64,000 nucleotides of DNA from a plasmid: sequence record NZ_CP044066.1; one strand, written 5' to 3'. The translations under genes were made by a program, and so were the position numbers. Shown piece by piece: positions 36,697-45,968 of this stretch. Positions within the stretch are counted from its first letter, which is position 1. Each line of letters opens with the position of its first letter. The notes beneath the pieces were generated by a model. The model was not told the DNA's origin and searched no databases. It saw only the letters and a list, made by a program, of their open reading frames with translations.

Positions 36697-38060
36697 TGGT
36701 TTGCTCCATCGCGGGCGTACGCATCGCCCTTCACGTTGATCTCGAACTTGGATGTCTGGATGGTGGGTTCAGCGTCGAGCTTGACCGCCAGCTTGATCGC
36801 GGACACCGCCACGTTTGGCGGGAAGGTGGCGATCTCCCCGGCATTGCGCAGCGGGCCGTCCATCTCCCATGGCGCGCTCTTGTAGACCTGGGGCACCGCT
36901 GCCATGCCCTCGCCCGGGATGGTCCCGAAGAGCGCGATATCACCAAGCACCGCCTTCGTCGCGGCGGGTCGGAGCAGCTGGAGCGTCGAGCCGAAGTCCG
37001 TGCGCAGCGCCATCGACGTCGGGAGCGCATCAAGGAGTGCCCCGAGTTTCGTTCCATTACCGAACGGCACGTCCGCCTGCACCACGACCTCCTTGTCTTC
37101 CTTCGAGAAGACGGGTGCGGTAAATGCGTCGGGCAAAGCAGCCAGGAACGTGGCATTGGTGACGCCGCGAGGGCTTTCCTTCGCACCCTCGCCAAGGCTG
37201 TAGGTCAGCGAGCATGCCGCCGCCGGGGTCACGACCGCCGGGCAATCCACCTTGGTCAGTTTCCAGCCGCCTACAAACAGCGCGTCGGTGTCGGCAAACC
37301 ATTTCGCGAACCGTGGCACGGCCTCGGATGCCCGTGCGGACGGCGCCATGCCACGCGCGAGGATGTCCTCTGCGTAGCGCTGGGCCGGGCTCTTCTGCGG
37401 TGGAGGCGGATGCTTGCGGGCTTCGTACGCGCGGTACTGTGCCATCCCGTACTTTCCGCCGATGGCAGCAACGACAGCCAGGACGGCAAGCGCCGCTGCG
37501 CGACGTTTCATGGCCGTCGAGCTTGGCTTGCGCAGGGCCGCATGGGAATCCGCCGCGTCAGCCAGCTGCTCGAGCGTCAGCGCGGAGAATGCGAGGCCAG
37601 GCACGTTCCCGAGCAGATGGCTGAGCTCAGGAAGGTTTCCTGCAAGGCGGAAGGAGCCGCCCGCGACACGCGCAAACTCCACCACGACTTCGGACAACGC
37701 CTGCTCATCGTGAATCACGCGGTCAAAGCCGACGCGCGGGCGGCCTTTGAGGACGCCGCAGACGAGATACCCGACCTGTTGTCCAGCGTGCTCGAGTCGG
37801 TAGGCGAAGAAGACATTGGGCATCAGGCCCGGAATGCGCGCCACAGTGGCGGCGGCCGAGTACAGCTTGTCCTTGACCTTCGTCTGTCCATCCTCCGGCG
37901 CGAGGTAGCCCATGTGGAGGGCAGACCCATCGTGCCAGATTCGATTGGCCTTCACCTCACGTGCAACCTTGGCCGCGAGGTCCGGGGCGGGCGCATTGCC
38001 GGTCAGCGTGCGCCACTGCATGCCGAAAGCGATCGCCTTGCCATGGACGTCGAGGATCAT
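36693..38060 (-). CDS. PilO-like type IVb pilus assembly protein
   Basis: 455 aa with a central TM segment (AALAVLAVVAAIGG). Its position between pilN and pilP matches R64/PAPI-1 pilO. Confidence 0.45.
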   Translation of the reverse strand: MILDVHGKAIAFGMQWRTLTGNAPAPDLAAKVAREVKANRIWHDGSALHMGYLAPEDGQTKVKDKLYSAAATVARIPGLMPNVFFAYRLEHAGQQVGYLVCGVLKGRPRVGFDRVIHDEQALSEVVVEFARVAGGSFRLAGNLPELSHLLGNVPGLAFSALTLEQLADAADSHAALRKPSSTAMKRRAAALAVLAVVAAIGGKYGMAQYRAYEARKHPPPPQKSPAQRYAEDILARGMAPSARASEAVPRFAKWFADTDALFVGGWKLTKVDCPAVVTPAAACSLTYSLGEGAKESPRGVTNATFLAALPDAFTAPVFSKEDKEVVVQADVPFGNGTKLGALLDALPTSMALRTDFGSTLQLLRPAATKAVLGDIALFGTIPGEGMAAVPQVYKSAPWEMDGPLRNAGEIATFPPNVAVSAIKLAVKLDAEPTIQTSKFEINVKGDAYARDGANQ

Positions 38061-38845
38061 CGGACAACTCCCGGCGACACGGTGTCGGTATCCGCCTTCG
38101 ACAAGCGCATGCGCAAAAAGGAGCGGAACTCAGCCCTCTCGGCTGCGGGACCGCGCCTAGTACCGTCGGGGCTGAAGAGATCCACGCGCGCTGTCGTCGG
38201 TAGATTCAGTCGATGGCACAGGAAGTGCTCCAAGTCCGCGCGAAACTGGTTGCAGAACCCAATCGCGTTCGGCATGAACATGCCGTAGATCACAGCACCC
38301 CATGCGACCACCAGCACAAGGCCCTTAGCCATTGCATAAGCGAATGACTCCGGGGACGTCTGAGCTAGCGCCCAAAGCTTACGCGCTAGGGCCAGCGCTG
38401 TAACTGTGTCGAGAAGCAGGCCACCAATCACGATCCAGAATGCAAGGAACGGAATGGCCCGCGTCATTAAACGGACGGAGTTGAAGGCCATCTCGCAAAG
38501 GTTCGCGATTTGGCGCAGATAGTTTGCGCCCGAGAAGGCTGCGTGATGACGCAACGAGGCGTATTCGACGTCTGAGATCACCCCGACATCCATCCCGTGG
38601 ACCTGAACCGTCCAGGTGCGGTCGGTCGTGGCCAACATCCGTTGCTCAAGCGACAGGCCGAAGATAGATAAGATCCCTTGGCCAATCAGTGTCAACACGG
38701 CCGACACCACGGCCACACCAACCATATCCTCAACATGTTGTATGAGGACCAACGAAAGGCCCGGCAAGCACGTCAGGATCGCCACAAGCGGATAGCGGCG
38801 ATACAACGCCAGCGCGTCAGAGAGAAGCGTTCGGATAGCCAGCAT
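38057..38845 (-). CDS. Polytopic inner-membrane protein of the pilus cluster (PilM-like, tentative)
   Basis: 262 aa with at least 5 TM helices. It is translationally coupled on both sides. Confidence 0.35.
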   Translation of the reverse strand: MLAIRTLLSDALALYRRYPLVAILTCLPGLSLVLIQHVEDMVGVAVVSAVLTLIGQGILSIFGLSLEQRMLATTDRTWTVQVHGMDVGVISDVEYASLRHHAAFSGANYLRQIANLCEMAFNSVRLMTRAIPFLAFWIVIGGLLLDTVTALALARKLWALAQTSPESFAYAMAKGLVLVVAWGAVIYGMFMPNAIGFCNQFRADLEHFLCHRLNLPTTARVDLFSPDGTRRGPAAERAEFRSFLRMRLSKADTDTVSPGVVR

Positions 38846-38847
38846 GA

Positions 38848-40656
38848 TTACTTCCCCTCCCCATGGTCTTGCACCATGACGGTCGCCAGCAAGAGCGTGA
38901 AGGTGCGGGTCTTCGAGACGGTCTGCGAGCCACCGAGGATCATCGGCAGCGACTCGCCGAGCGTGCGACGCGTATTGGCGGTGTCGTCCTGGTCCAGAGC
39001 CGTCATCAGCACGGTTTGTCCGTTGCGGACGATGATGTCCTGCTTCGGAATGCCCTTGCCGACAATGTTGATCGTCTGCACCGACTGCTGGTTGTCGCCG
39101 GAGCCTGACGTGAACTTCTCGAGCGGGCCATCCTGCTTCGATTGGTCAAGCGCGATGGTGAGATTGACGTCATCGCGGGACGTCGCATCGGCGTATGCGG
39201 CAAGCTTGAAGCCCACCGTTGCCGTCGACGTCACGATGCCGGGAATGCCACCGGTGCCACCGGCCGTGGTCGTGGCGGGCGTCGAGCCGGATGCATACGA
39301 GAAGGTGCGACGGTTGTTGTACTGGAAGCCGTGCCGGTTCCGCATGGACACGGGGATGGTCAGACCGGATGTGACCGTGCCGTATTGCTTCAGCGCGTTC
39401 ACGATGGCCTGCGTGCCATTGAATCCTCCGGACGTGATACCCAGGCCGACACTGCCGGCAGCCGATGACACCAGCGTCGCCGGCGACAAAGCGTTGACCG
39501 TAAACCCCGGGATATTCTGCAGCGCCTTGGTCAGTATGACGTTCCAGTCGTAGCCGGCCTCACCCAAGTCCGCCACGGTCAGGTCGATCATCTGAAACTT
39601 GAAGATAATGACACGCGAGTAGATCGCGATCTGCCTCCGGATGATCTCGTCGGCGGCATCGACCGCCTCTTTGGTATCGCGCAGCGTGAGCACCCCGGTC
39701 GCCGGATTGAGCTCCGGGTTGCCGACCATCGTGAGCGCAGGCAGGATGCTCGCCTTGATCCCTTCGAGATCGTTCTGTTCCTTGATCTCGGCCTTCGCCG
39801 CAGCGTCAATCTGCGCCGACTGCCCCGATCCACCGCCGCCTGCACCACCGCCACCGGACGAGTTACCCTGCGCGGATTGCTTGAACTCGGTCGTGAACGA
39901 GTTGGTGCCACCTGCCATCGGCAGCTGCCAGGTCTTCGTCACCAGACGGTAGAAGCGCACCACGCCCTTCTCGGTGTTGTATTCCCAGTTGATACCCAGG
40001 CGCGTCGCGATCAGGTCGAGCATGCTCGCGAGGGGCATCTTCTCGCTGTTTCGAAACTCGACGTTCAGCGGGGTTTCGAGCAGCGCAGTGCTTTGCGTCA
40101 CGCCAGACGCGCCTCCGGCCGTCAGCGCAGTGGGGAGCGGCGAATTGAGGGCCGGTGCGGGACCAAGGCCTTGCGCGATCGGGTTGATGGCACCGGCCTG
40201 CCCAGGCTGCTGCGTGCGCAGCTGCTGGAGTGCCTGCGTGCCCAGCGATCGCGGCAGCAGCAGGTTCGGCGGCAGATAGACATCGGATTCGATCTTGACC
40301 GGAATCCCGGTGGCCATCTGCACGCGCTGGGCGGCTACCGCGAGCGACATCGTGCGCTCCGGGAACATCACCAGCGTGTCAACATTGTTCCGTAGCGCCA
40401 CGGGCAAGGTCACGTTCCGCGCGACGGGGACGCGCTTGCCCGCGAGGAAAGGCCGATCCACGTCCTGCTCCGCTTCTACCGCAGCCCGGTCGCGGCGGAT
40501 ACGCGCGTAAAGTTCCTCGGTGGTCTGCGTGACCTGCGCGGTGGTGTTGTCCGTGGTGCGTCGCACATCGTTGAGCAGCGTGGGCGAGACGCAGCCAGCC
40601 AGCGTGCTGCACACGAGGATTGCACCGGTCGTCGGACGGAAGATTCGATTCAGCAT
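38848..40656 (-). CDS. PilN-like lipoprotein secretin (GspD/PilQ secretin family)
   Basis: Lipobox LAGC. N0/N1-like domains are followed by a C-terminal secretin domain (VRNGQTVLMTALDQDDTANTRR...FTLLLATVMV). The ATG at 40656 lies 7 nt after the pilL stop. Confidence 0.8.
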   Translation of the reverse strand: MLNRIFRPTTGAILVCSTLAGCVSPTLLNDVRRTTDNTTAQVTQTTEELYARIRRDRAAVEAEQDVDRPFLAGKRVPVARNVTLPVALRNNVDTLVMFPERTMSLAVAAQRVQMATGIPVKIESDVYLPPNLLLPRSLGTQALQQLRTQQPGQAGAINPIAQGLGPAPALNSPLPTALTAGGASGVTQSTALLETPLNVEFRNSEKMPLASMLDLIATRLGINWEYNTEKGVVRFYRLVTKTWQLPMAGGTNSFTTEFKQSAQGNSSGGGGAGGGGSGQSAQIDAAAKAEIKEQNDLEGIKASILPALTMVGNPELNPATGVLTLRDTKEAVDAADEIIRRQIAIYSRVIIFKFQMIDLTVADLGEAGYDWNVILTKALQNIPGFTVNALSPATLVSSAAGSVGLGITSGGFNGTQAIVNALKQYGTVTSGLTIPVSMRNRHGFQYNNRRTFSYASGSTPATTTAGGTGGIPGIVTSTATVGFKLAAYADATSRDDVNLTIALDQSKQDGPLEKFTSGSGDNQQSVQTINIVGKGIPKQDIIVRNGQTVLMTALDQDDTANTRRTLGESLPMILGGSQTVSKTRTFTLLLATVMVQDHGEGK

Positions 40657-40664
40657 AGGGCCGC

Positions 40665-41321
40665 TCACTTGGTCGGATCGCACTTCGTGGTGAGCTTCAC
40701 CACACGCACAAGGTTGTTGGAGTAGAAGCAGGGTTTCAGGCTGTAGTCGGTCATCTCGGTCGAAGCGAGCGCGCGCCGCACCGCGGCCTTGAAATCCCCC
40801 GTGAAGGCGTCCGCGCCCTCGATCTGCACGTCCTGATCCGGCTCCCACGGCGCGGCCGTCCAGCCCACTTCGCGCGCCCATTTCTCGATGAGCAGGCGAT
40901 AGTTGCCATCGGCCGGTGACACAGACCAGTCGCGCGTGCTGGTAGCTGTCGGTGCAGCGGCTACCGGAGCAGCGATGACAGGGGTCACGGTCGCGGCAGG
41001 GATGGGTTGCGCGGCCGGCAGCGCAGCCGAGGCACTCCCGGTCCCAGTCGCCGGCGCGGCGGCGACCGGCGCCGCGGCGAGGGTTGCTGACTTAGGCCGC
41101 GCGCTGCGGCTATCCGACAGCAACTGCCATCCGCCACCGGCCAGCGGCTTGGTTGGCTCGAAGGTTCCCGAAGCATCGGCGCCGAAGGGCGATGCGCCCG
41201 GCACTGCCGCGTGCGCGCTGAGGACAACAGCGGCGCCGCCGCACAGCAGAACCCGGCACATCCGGGAGAACAATCGAGGCAGGTACATGGCTGATTTCCG
41301 TTGAATATTCGAAGAGTTCAT
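40665..41321 (-). CDS. PilL-like protein with a TcpQ-type C-terminal domain
   Basis: Signal peptide present. The C-terminus WAREVGWTAAPWEPDQDVQIEGADAFTGDFKAAVRRALASTE...VVKLTTKC is as in TcpQ/PilL of PAPI-1-type clusters. Confidence 0.55.
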   Translation of the reverse strand: MNSSNIQRKSAMYLPRLFSRMCRVLLCGGAAVVLSAHAAVPGASPFGADASGTFEPTKPLAGGGWQLLSDSRSARPKSATLAAAPVAAAPATGTGSASAALPAAQPIPAATVTPVIAAPVAAAPTATSTRDWSVSPADGNYRLLIEKWAREVGWTAAPWEPDQDVQIEGADAFTGDFKAAVRRALASTEMTDYSLKPCFYSNNLVRVVKLTTKCDPTK

Positions 41322-41737
41322 TTGCGCAGCATCTCGTAGACGCGTGTCGCGTAGCGCAGGCGCTTGTCCGGCGCGCCGGCGTTGTAGCAACCGACGGCGG
41401 TCCACGTCTCGCCGTAGCGGCTGAGGCAGTCGGCAAGAATCCACGTGCCCACATACGCGTTGATACAGGGGTCGAACAGGCTCTGGCGGGTGATGCCGAA
41501 CTTCGCCAGGCGCGGCAGATGAACGGAGTTGATCTGCATGAGGCCGATGTCCTCGGTGCCGTTCGTGTTGCGATTCGTCGCTCCGGCGCGCATCCCGGAT
41601 TCGACCTGCGCGATGCCGCGCGCAAGCGTCGGGCTCACCCGGTGGAACGCGGCCGCATCGTCGAGACAGTCGGCGTGTGCGGCCGACACCAGAGTCAGTG
41701 CAGCAACGAGAAGGAGGACTGGACGCAGCGAGCTCAT
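41318..41737 (-). CDS. Periplasmic lytic transglycosylase (SLT domain), R64 PilT-like
   Basis: Signal peptide; catalytic region IAQVESGMRAG...GLMQINSVHL. Confidence 0.8.
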   Translation of the reverse strand: MSSLRPVLLLVAALTLVSAAHADCLDDAAAFHRVSPTLARGIAQVESGMRAGATNRNTNGTEDIGLMQINSVHLPRLAKFGITRQSLFDPCINAYVGTWILADCLSRYGETWTAVGCYNAGAPDKRLRYATRVYEMLRK

Positions 41738-43011
41738 TGCACACTCGCCGCACGCTCGTAGAAGCGCACTTCTGGAAGACGATCCACACGCACGATGTTG
41801 CCGTCGGCGATGACGGTCAGATGGTCAGAGACGCCGTTGAATTTGAAGTAGCGATCCTTCTGCTCCCCACCGCCCTGATGGTTGTCGCCGAACACCGAAA
41901 TGCTCGCCATCGATTTGGCGAAGCTCAGGTAGGTGTTGCCGTCCTTCTCGAACACGCGCTCAAGACCAGCGTCGTTCTCGCGCGGGAACAGGAAGCTGAT
42001 ACCGGGCACGCGTGCGACCTCCACCCGCTTGCCGGCGGCCGCGACGGTGAAGTGGTCGACGGTGGGGAACGAGAGGACCTTCTCGGTGTCGTCCCATTTC
42101 GTGCGCAGCTTGTCGCCTGCGGCATCGCGCAGCTCCAGGCCGCTCGGCTCCGCGTCGAAGCGCATCTCGATGCGCCCATTCTTCGCGTCACGAATCGCCA
42201 GCGCGTTGAAAGCGGATGCGAGCGTAGGGCCTTCCGGCAACGGCGTGCCACCGCCGCCAGCGGCAGCCGCCGGCGCTGATGTGGCGCTCTTTGCGACATC
42301 TGACACAACGTCAGTCGCGGGCGCGCTGGTGCGCAGCATCCCGCCGGGCGCCGGAAGCTTCTCCGTCTCCACAGCGAACGCCTTGGGGGGCGTGGCGCGC
42401 AGGGAGATACTGCGGCGCCCGAAGTCGACCTCCGCATAGAGATTGCGTTGCTCGAGGACGCGCGCGAGGGCCTGCAGCCAGTTCTCGCCACTGCGCGCGT
42501 CGAGCGATACATCGTCCGTAAGCGAAATGTCCTTCTGCGCCGTGCCGCTCCATCCCGCCGGGGCTATCGACTTCACCATCTGCGCGAGGGGCAACGAAGA
42601 ACGGCCCGCGCGCACAACGGGAAGGTCCGTGAAGCTGCCGATGAGCGCCAGACGGCCGGAGATCGCAGCCAGACTGCGCGGCAGATCTCCGCTCGGGTTC
42701 GCCGGCTCGGACGTGAAGCTGTTCGCACGCTTCCAGCGTGCAACCACCATCTGACCGTTCACCGAGTACCGCACCACGTCCGGCACGCCATCGATGACCC
42801 AGTACGGACCATTCTGGATCGCGCCGTCAGCATCGATCTTCTGGCCAAACCGCGGCTGGATGTAGGTGGCGACGCCGTCGTTGAAGACCATCGCCGGACG
42901 CTCGGACGCCCGTGCGACCACCTGATAGTCGAAGTCCAGCGGATCGGTATCGGCCGCAATAGCGGGAAACGCCATCAGCGCCAGAGCAGAGAAGATGAGC
43001 GGCCGGATCAT
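41734..43011 (-). CDS. Secreted protein with VirB9/TrbG-like beta-domain motifs at both ends (function unknown)
   Basis: Signal peptide. The N-terminus FDYQVVARASERPAMVFNDGVATYIQPRF...WVIDGVPDVVRYSVNGQMVVARW and the C-terminus YFKFNGVSDHLTVIADGNIVRV both resemble the VirB9 C-domain pattern. Confidence 0.4.
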   Translation of the reverse strand: MIRPLIFSALALMAFPAIAADTDPLDFDYQVVARASERPAMVFNDGVATYIQPRFGQKIDADGAIQNGPYWVIDGVPDVVRYSVNGQMVVARWKRANSFTSEPANPSGDLPRSLAAISGRLALIGSFTDLPVVRAGRSSLPLAQMVKSIAPAGWSGTAQKDISLTDDVSLDARSGENWLQALARVLEQRNLYAEVDFGRRSISLRATPPKAFAVETEKLPAPGGMLRTSAPATDVVSDVAKSATSAPAAAAGGGGTPLPEGPTLASAFNALAIRDAKNGRIEMRFDAEPSGLELRDAAGDKLRTKWDDTEKVLSFPTVDHFTVAAAGKRVEVARVPGISFLFPRENDAGLERVFEKDGNTYLSFAKSMASISVFGDNHQGGGEQKDRYFKFNGVSDHLTVIADGNIVRVDRLPEVRFYERAASVQ

Positions 43012-43814
43012 TGGAATTGCGCCACGTGTTTCATGAATCGGGAGAAGTACGGACCACCGCGCTCAGGATTCGCGCTGTGGTACCAGGCCACGGCCTTCAT
43101 GGGTGAGCCGCTGCGCTGGAGGTTCTCGGCAAGGATGTCCTCCGCGACGCGGATGTTGGTGGCGGGTGCCAGCGCCTCCCACGGCGAGGCAAAGCGCCTG
43201 CCGTGGTAGCACCAGTTCACCTGCATGAGGCCGACATCGAAGTCGCAACGGTCACTGGCTAGCAGGCGGTTGATGGCCGCATAGGCTTCCTCGCGCGAGG
43301 CGAAGAACATGCCCCGCCCCGCGACGTTGAGCGTCCACGGCCAGGGGCGGCCGCGATACGACGACTCGTTCATCGCGATGCCCGCCGTGATCTTGGGATC
43401 GACCCGATGGCCCATCTGCGCGAAGGGCTCGGTCTTGGGTGCGCATGCCCAGCCACCGCGGCGCTCGGCAATAGCTTCCTGTGCGGCGTCGTTCAGGACA
43501 GCAGGCCGTAGCCAGCCTTCCCGCGCGAACAGGCGCGCGATAGGCACCGACTTGCCGCCAAGCGTCACCACTGAACCTTCATCGGCGCCAGGTTCGATCT
43601 GAGCGTTCAGCAGCCGGGCCGACCATCCGAGGAATGCATCGAGGCCGCAGAACAGGACGGGCTTGCCTTCCAACGTATGCACGCGTGCCTGACCATCGGC
43701 CCGCACAACGATCGCGTTCGGGCTGACAACCGCCTCAATAATTGCAGCGTGGGCAACGATCGACGCGAACGATGCCACGACGCCGCATACGATGTTCGTC
43801 ACGCGCCTATTCAC
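43008..43814 (-). CDS. virB1: VirB1-like lytic transglycosylase
   Basis: SLT motif ...ESSYRGRPWPW...DVGLMQVNWCYHG. The GTG start overlaps the end of virB10. Confidence 0.7.
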   Translation of the reverse strand: MNRRVTNIVCGVVASFASIVAHAAIIEAVVSPNAIVVRADGQARVHTLEGKPVLFCGLDAFLGWSARLLNAQIEPGADEGSVVTLGGKSVPIARLFAREGWLRPAVLNDAAQEAIAERRGGWACAPKTEPFAQMGHRVDPKITAGIAMNESSYRGRPWPWTLNVAGRGMFFASREEAYAAINRLLASDRCDFDVGLMQVNWCYHGRRFASPWEALAPATNIRVAEDILAENLQRSGSPMKAVAWYHSANPERGGPYFSRFMKHVAQFQ

Positions 43815-45045
43815 GATACGGCTCCAGCACGATGTCGTGCTTAACCTGCACGACCATCTTCTGTCCCGGCTCGGTCGTGATCGTCGGGCGGATGTTCTGG
43901 TTGCGATTGAGGATCGTCTGCGCGGTCTGGGTCGCAACCTGTCCCGCAGCGTTGCCATAGGTCGTCAGGCCATTCGGGCCCACCGTCGTCGCCGTGTTGC
44001 CGTTGTTGAACCGCTGCTCGAGCAGGCCAATCACGAGCGCGCCGCCGAAGATTTTCCAGAAGTGGTTGTTGACGTCCCCGGAGTTGCCCGCAGTGCCGTC
44101 CGGATCGGCACCCTGCATGCCCATCAGCGGTACCGTCTTGCCGTTTGGCAGCTGCATGCGCACGAATGCGGTCAGGATGCGCTCCTGCCCCACAGCGATA
44201 TCGGCGCTGTACATGCCGACGAGCGTCGTGCCGGCCGGGATGATTCGACACGTTCCTTTCACGGTGTCGTAGACGTCTTGGGAGACCGTCGCACGGAACT
44301 CACCCGGCTTGTCGGAGTTGAGGCCCCCAGCAAAGTTCGCGGGGATGATGAAGCCACGGCTCAGCGTGCAGCGCGGCAGCTTGCCGTCGAAGCCGGTGCG
44401 CAGCGTCGAGGCCGTTCCCGCGTCGCGAAGGAATTGCTTGTCAGCGGATACGGGCTGTGCGGCACTATCCGGCCCCTGCCCCGCAGTGGCCGCGCTCGCG
44501 CGTGCCGCGGCGGCCTGTTGCAAGGCCCGCATTGCGGCGGGATCGGTGACATCGGCGACAGCCGGAGCGTTGCTTCGCTCAATCTGGCTCTTGCGCACCC
44601 CGCTCTTGTAGATCGGCGCCGTGAAAATCGTGTCCTGCTCGTTCTTCTTCGCGTCCGGCGCGGCGGCGCCCGCACGGCCGCCAGCAACGAAATCATTCGC
44701 CGTCAGCACGGGCGTCCTTGGCGCATCAGCCGGCAACGCGACCTTGCGCTGACGCTCTGCTTCCTGCCTTGCCTTCTCCGCCTGATCGCGAATGGTCTGC
44801 TCGAGGTTCTGCGCACCCTCCGAAGAGCCGGTGCGGGCGCGGATCTGCTCAGCGCGCTCCTTCTCGACCTGCTCGTCGCGCTGCACTTCGTTGAGAGACT
44901 GGAAGTAGTATCCGAGCGCGCCCACAAGAACGGCCGCGATGCTGCCCAGCGCGATCACGATATTGCGCGGTAGCTTTCCCTTCACCGTGCGCTGCTGCGC
45001 ATCGGTGACGTCGGTCACGTTGGGGTCGTGCTTGTTGCCGCGCAT
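43807..45045 (-). CDS. virB10: VirB10/TrbI
   Basis: N-terminal TM segment, Pro/Ala-rich linker, and the C-terminal conserved region ...RIIPAGTTLVGMYSADIAVGQERILTAF...GDVNNHFWKIFGGALVIG. Confidence 0.85.
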   Translation of the reverse strand: MRGNKHDPNVTDVTDAQQRTVKGKLPRNIVIALGSIAAVLVGALGYYFQSLNEVQRDEQVEKERAEQIRARTGSSEGAQNLEQTIRDQAEKARQEAERQRKVALPADAPRTPVLTANDFVAGGRAGAAAPDAKKNEQDTIFTAPIYKSGVRKSQIERSNAPAVADVTDPAAMRALQQAAAARASAATAGQGPDSAAQPVSADKQFLRDAGTASTLRTGFDGKLPRCTLSRGFIIPANFAGGLNSDKPGEFRATVSQDVYDTVKGTCRIIPAGTTLVGMYSADIAVGQERILTAFVRMQLPNGKTVPLMGMQGADPDGTAGNSGDVNNHFWKIFGGALVIGLLEQRFNNGNTATTVGPNGLTTYGNAAGQVATQTAQTILNRNQNIRPTITTEPGQKMVVQVKHDIVLEPYRE

Positions 45046-45968
45046 CAGAAGAGCCCCAGGATGCGGCCACGGCCGCGCTCCACGCGTACTTCCTCGCGGC
45101 CCGAACGCAGGACCACGGTGTCCGCGAGGCGCTGCACGACGAGGTAGCCGCCTCGGCGCAGCGCGTTGACCACGACGTAGTCACTCCCGTCCTTGACCAG
45201 CGCCACCGGCCAGTTTTGCGAGGCCCCCGCGGGCAGGCGCAGCCACAGCGCCTTGCCATCATCGAATGCCGTCTCCGGCTTGAAATCGGCGCTGCCAGAA
45301 ATCGAGTACTCGAAGTTGAGCTTCTCCGGCGAGACGCCGATCGCCTCGGCATTCCGCTCGTCGGCCACGTCGCCAGCGCGGGCCTCACCCGCGTCCGCCT
45401 TCGCGTCGTTGCGCGCCTTGACCTTTGCCGCTACCGAGGTCGGAATACGGAACCGCACCTTCTGATAAAAGATGCCGCCCAGCGGCGACGACACGAGTGT
45501 GAACTCGTAGCTGCGCTTGTTCGTGTTCACCGACAGTGTGTTCACGAGGCCTGCCGCCTGCGGCTTCACGTAGAGGTGATTGACGCCGTCGGTCTCGTAG
45601 TCCCAGCGAACGCTTTCGCCCCACGCGGGCTCGCCGACAATCTGCTCGTCGTCGGGGAACTCGATGGTTGTCATCTTCAGCGGCGCGCTCAGCACGCGGA
45701 AGATCTGATCGCGGCTGTAGGTAAAGACGACAAGCCGCGAATCGCCGGGCAACGCCACCGGATCAACGCCGCCGTTGAACGGATTCGCCGGGTTCATGGC
45801 GTCGCTCATATCGCCCACGCTCAGGCCGCCCAGGCCTGCGCCAGCGCGGCCGGGAAGCTTGTCGGCGGCGTGGCCGTCGGGGACAGAGAGCGCGAACGCC
45901 AGCACGGCGGCAATGGCGTAGGGGAGAATCCGGGAGGATTTGGCTTCCATGGCTTCTGAGCGCGGCAT
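45045..45968 (-). CDS. virB9: VirB9/TrbG
   Basis: Signal peptide. N-domain ...TIEFPDDEQIVGEPAWGESVRWDYETDGVNHLYVKP...NTLSVNTNKRSYEFTLVSS. C-domain FEYSISG...ALWLRLP...VALVKDGSDYVVVNALRRGGYLVV. Its start overlaps the virB8 stop (TAATG). Confidence 0.8.
   Translation of the reverse strand: MPRSEAMEAKSSRILPYAIAAVLAFALSVPDGHAADKLPGRAGAGLGGLSVGDMSDAMNPANPFNGGVDPVALPGDSRLVVFTYSRDQIFRVLSAPLKMTTIEFPDDEQIVGEPAWGESVRWDYETDGVNHLYVKPQAAGLVNTLSVNTNKRSYEFTLVSSPLGGIFYQKVRFRIPTSVAAKVKARNDAKADAGEARAGDVADERNAEAIGVSPEKLNFEYSISGSADFKPETAFDDGKALWLRLPAGASQNWPVALVKDGSDYVVVNALRRGGYLVVQRLADTVVLRSGREEVRVERGRGRILGLF

Noticed and set aside
40657-40881. Long N-terminal extensions of the secretin (677 aa), pilL (374 aa) and virB9 (445 aa) ORFs
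   Set aside because: These are Arg/Gly-rich, low-complexity translations typical of spurious open frames at 65% GC. Internal ATGs with signal peptides, and stop/start overlaps with the upstream genes, define the true starts.
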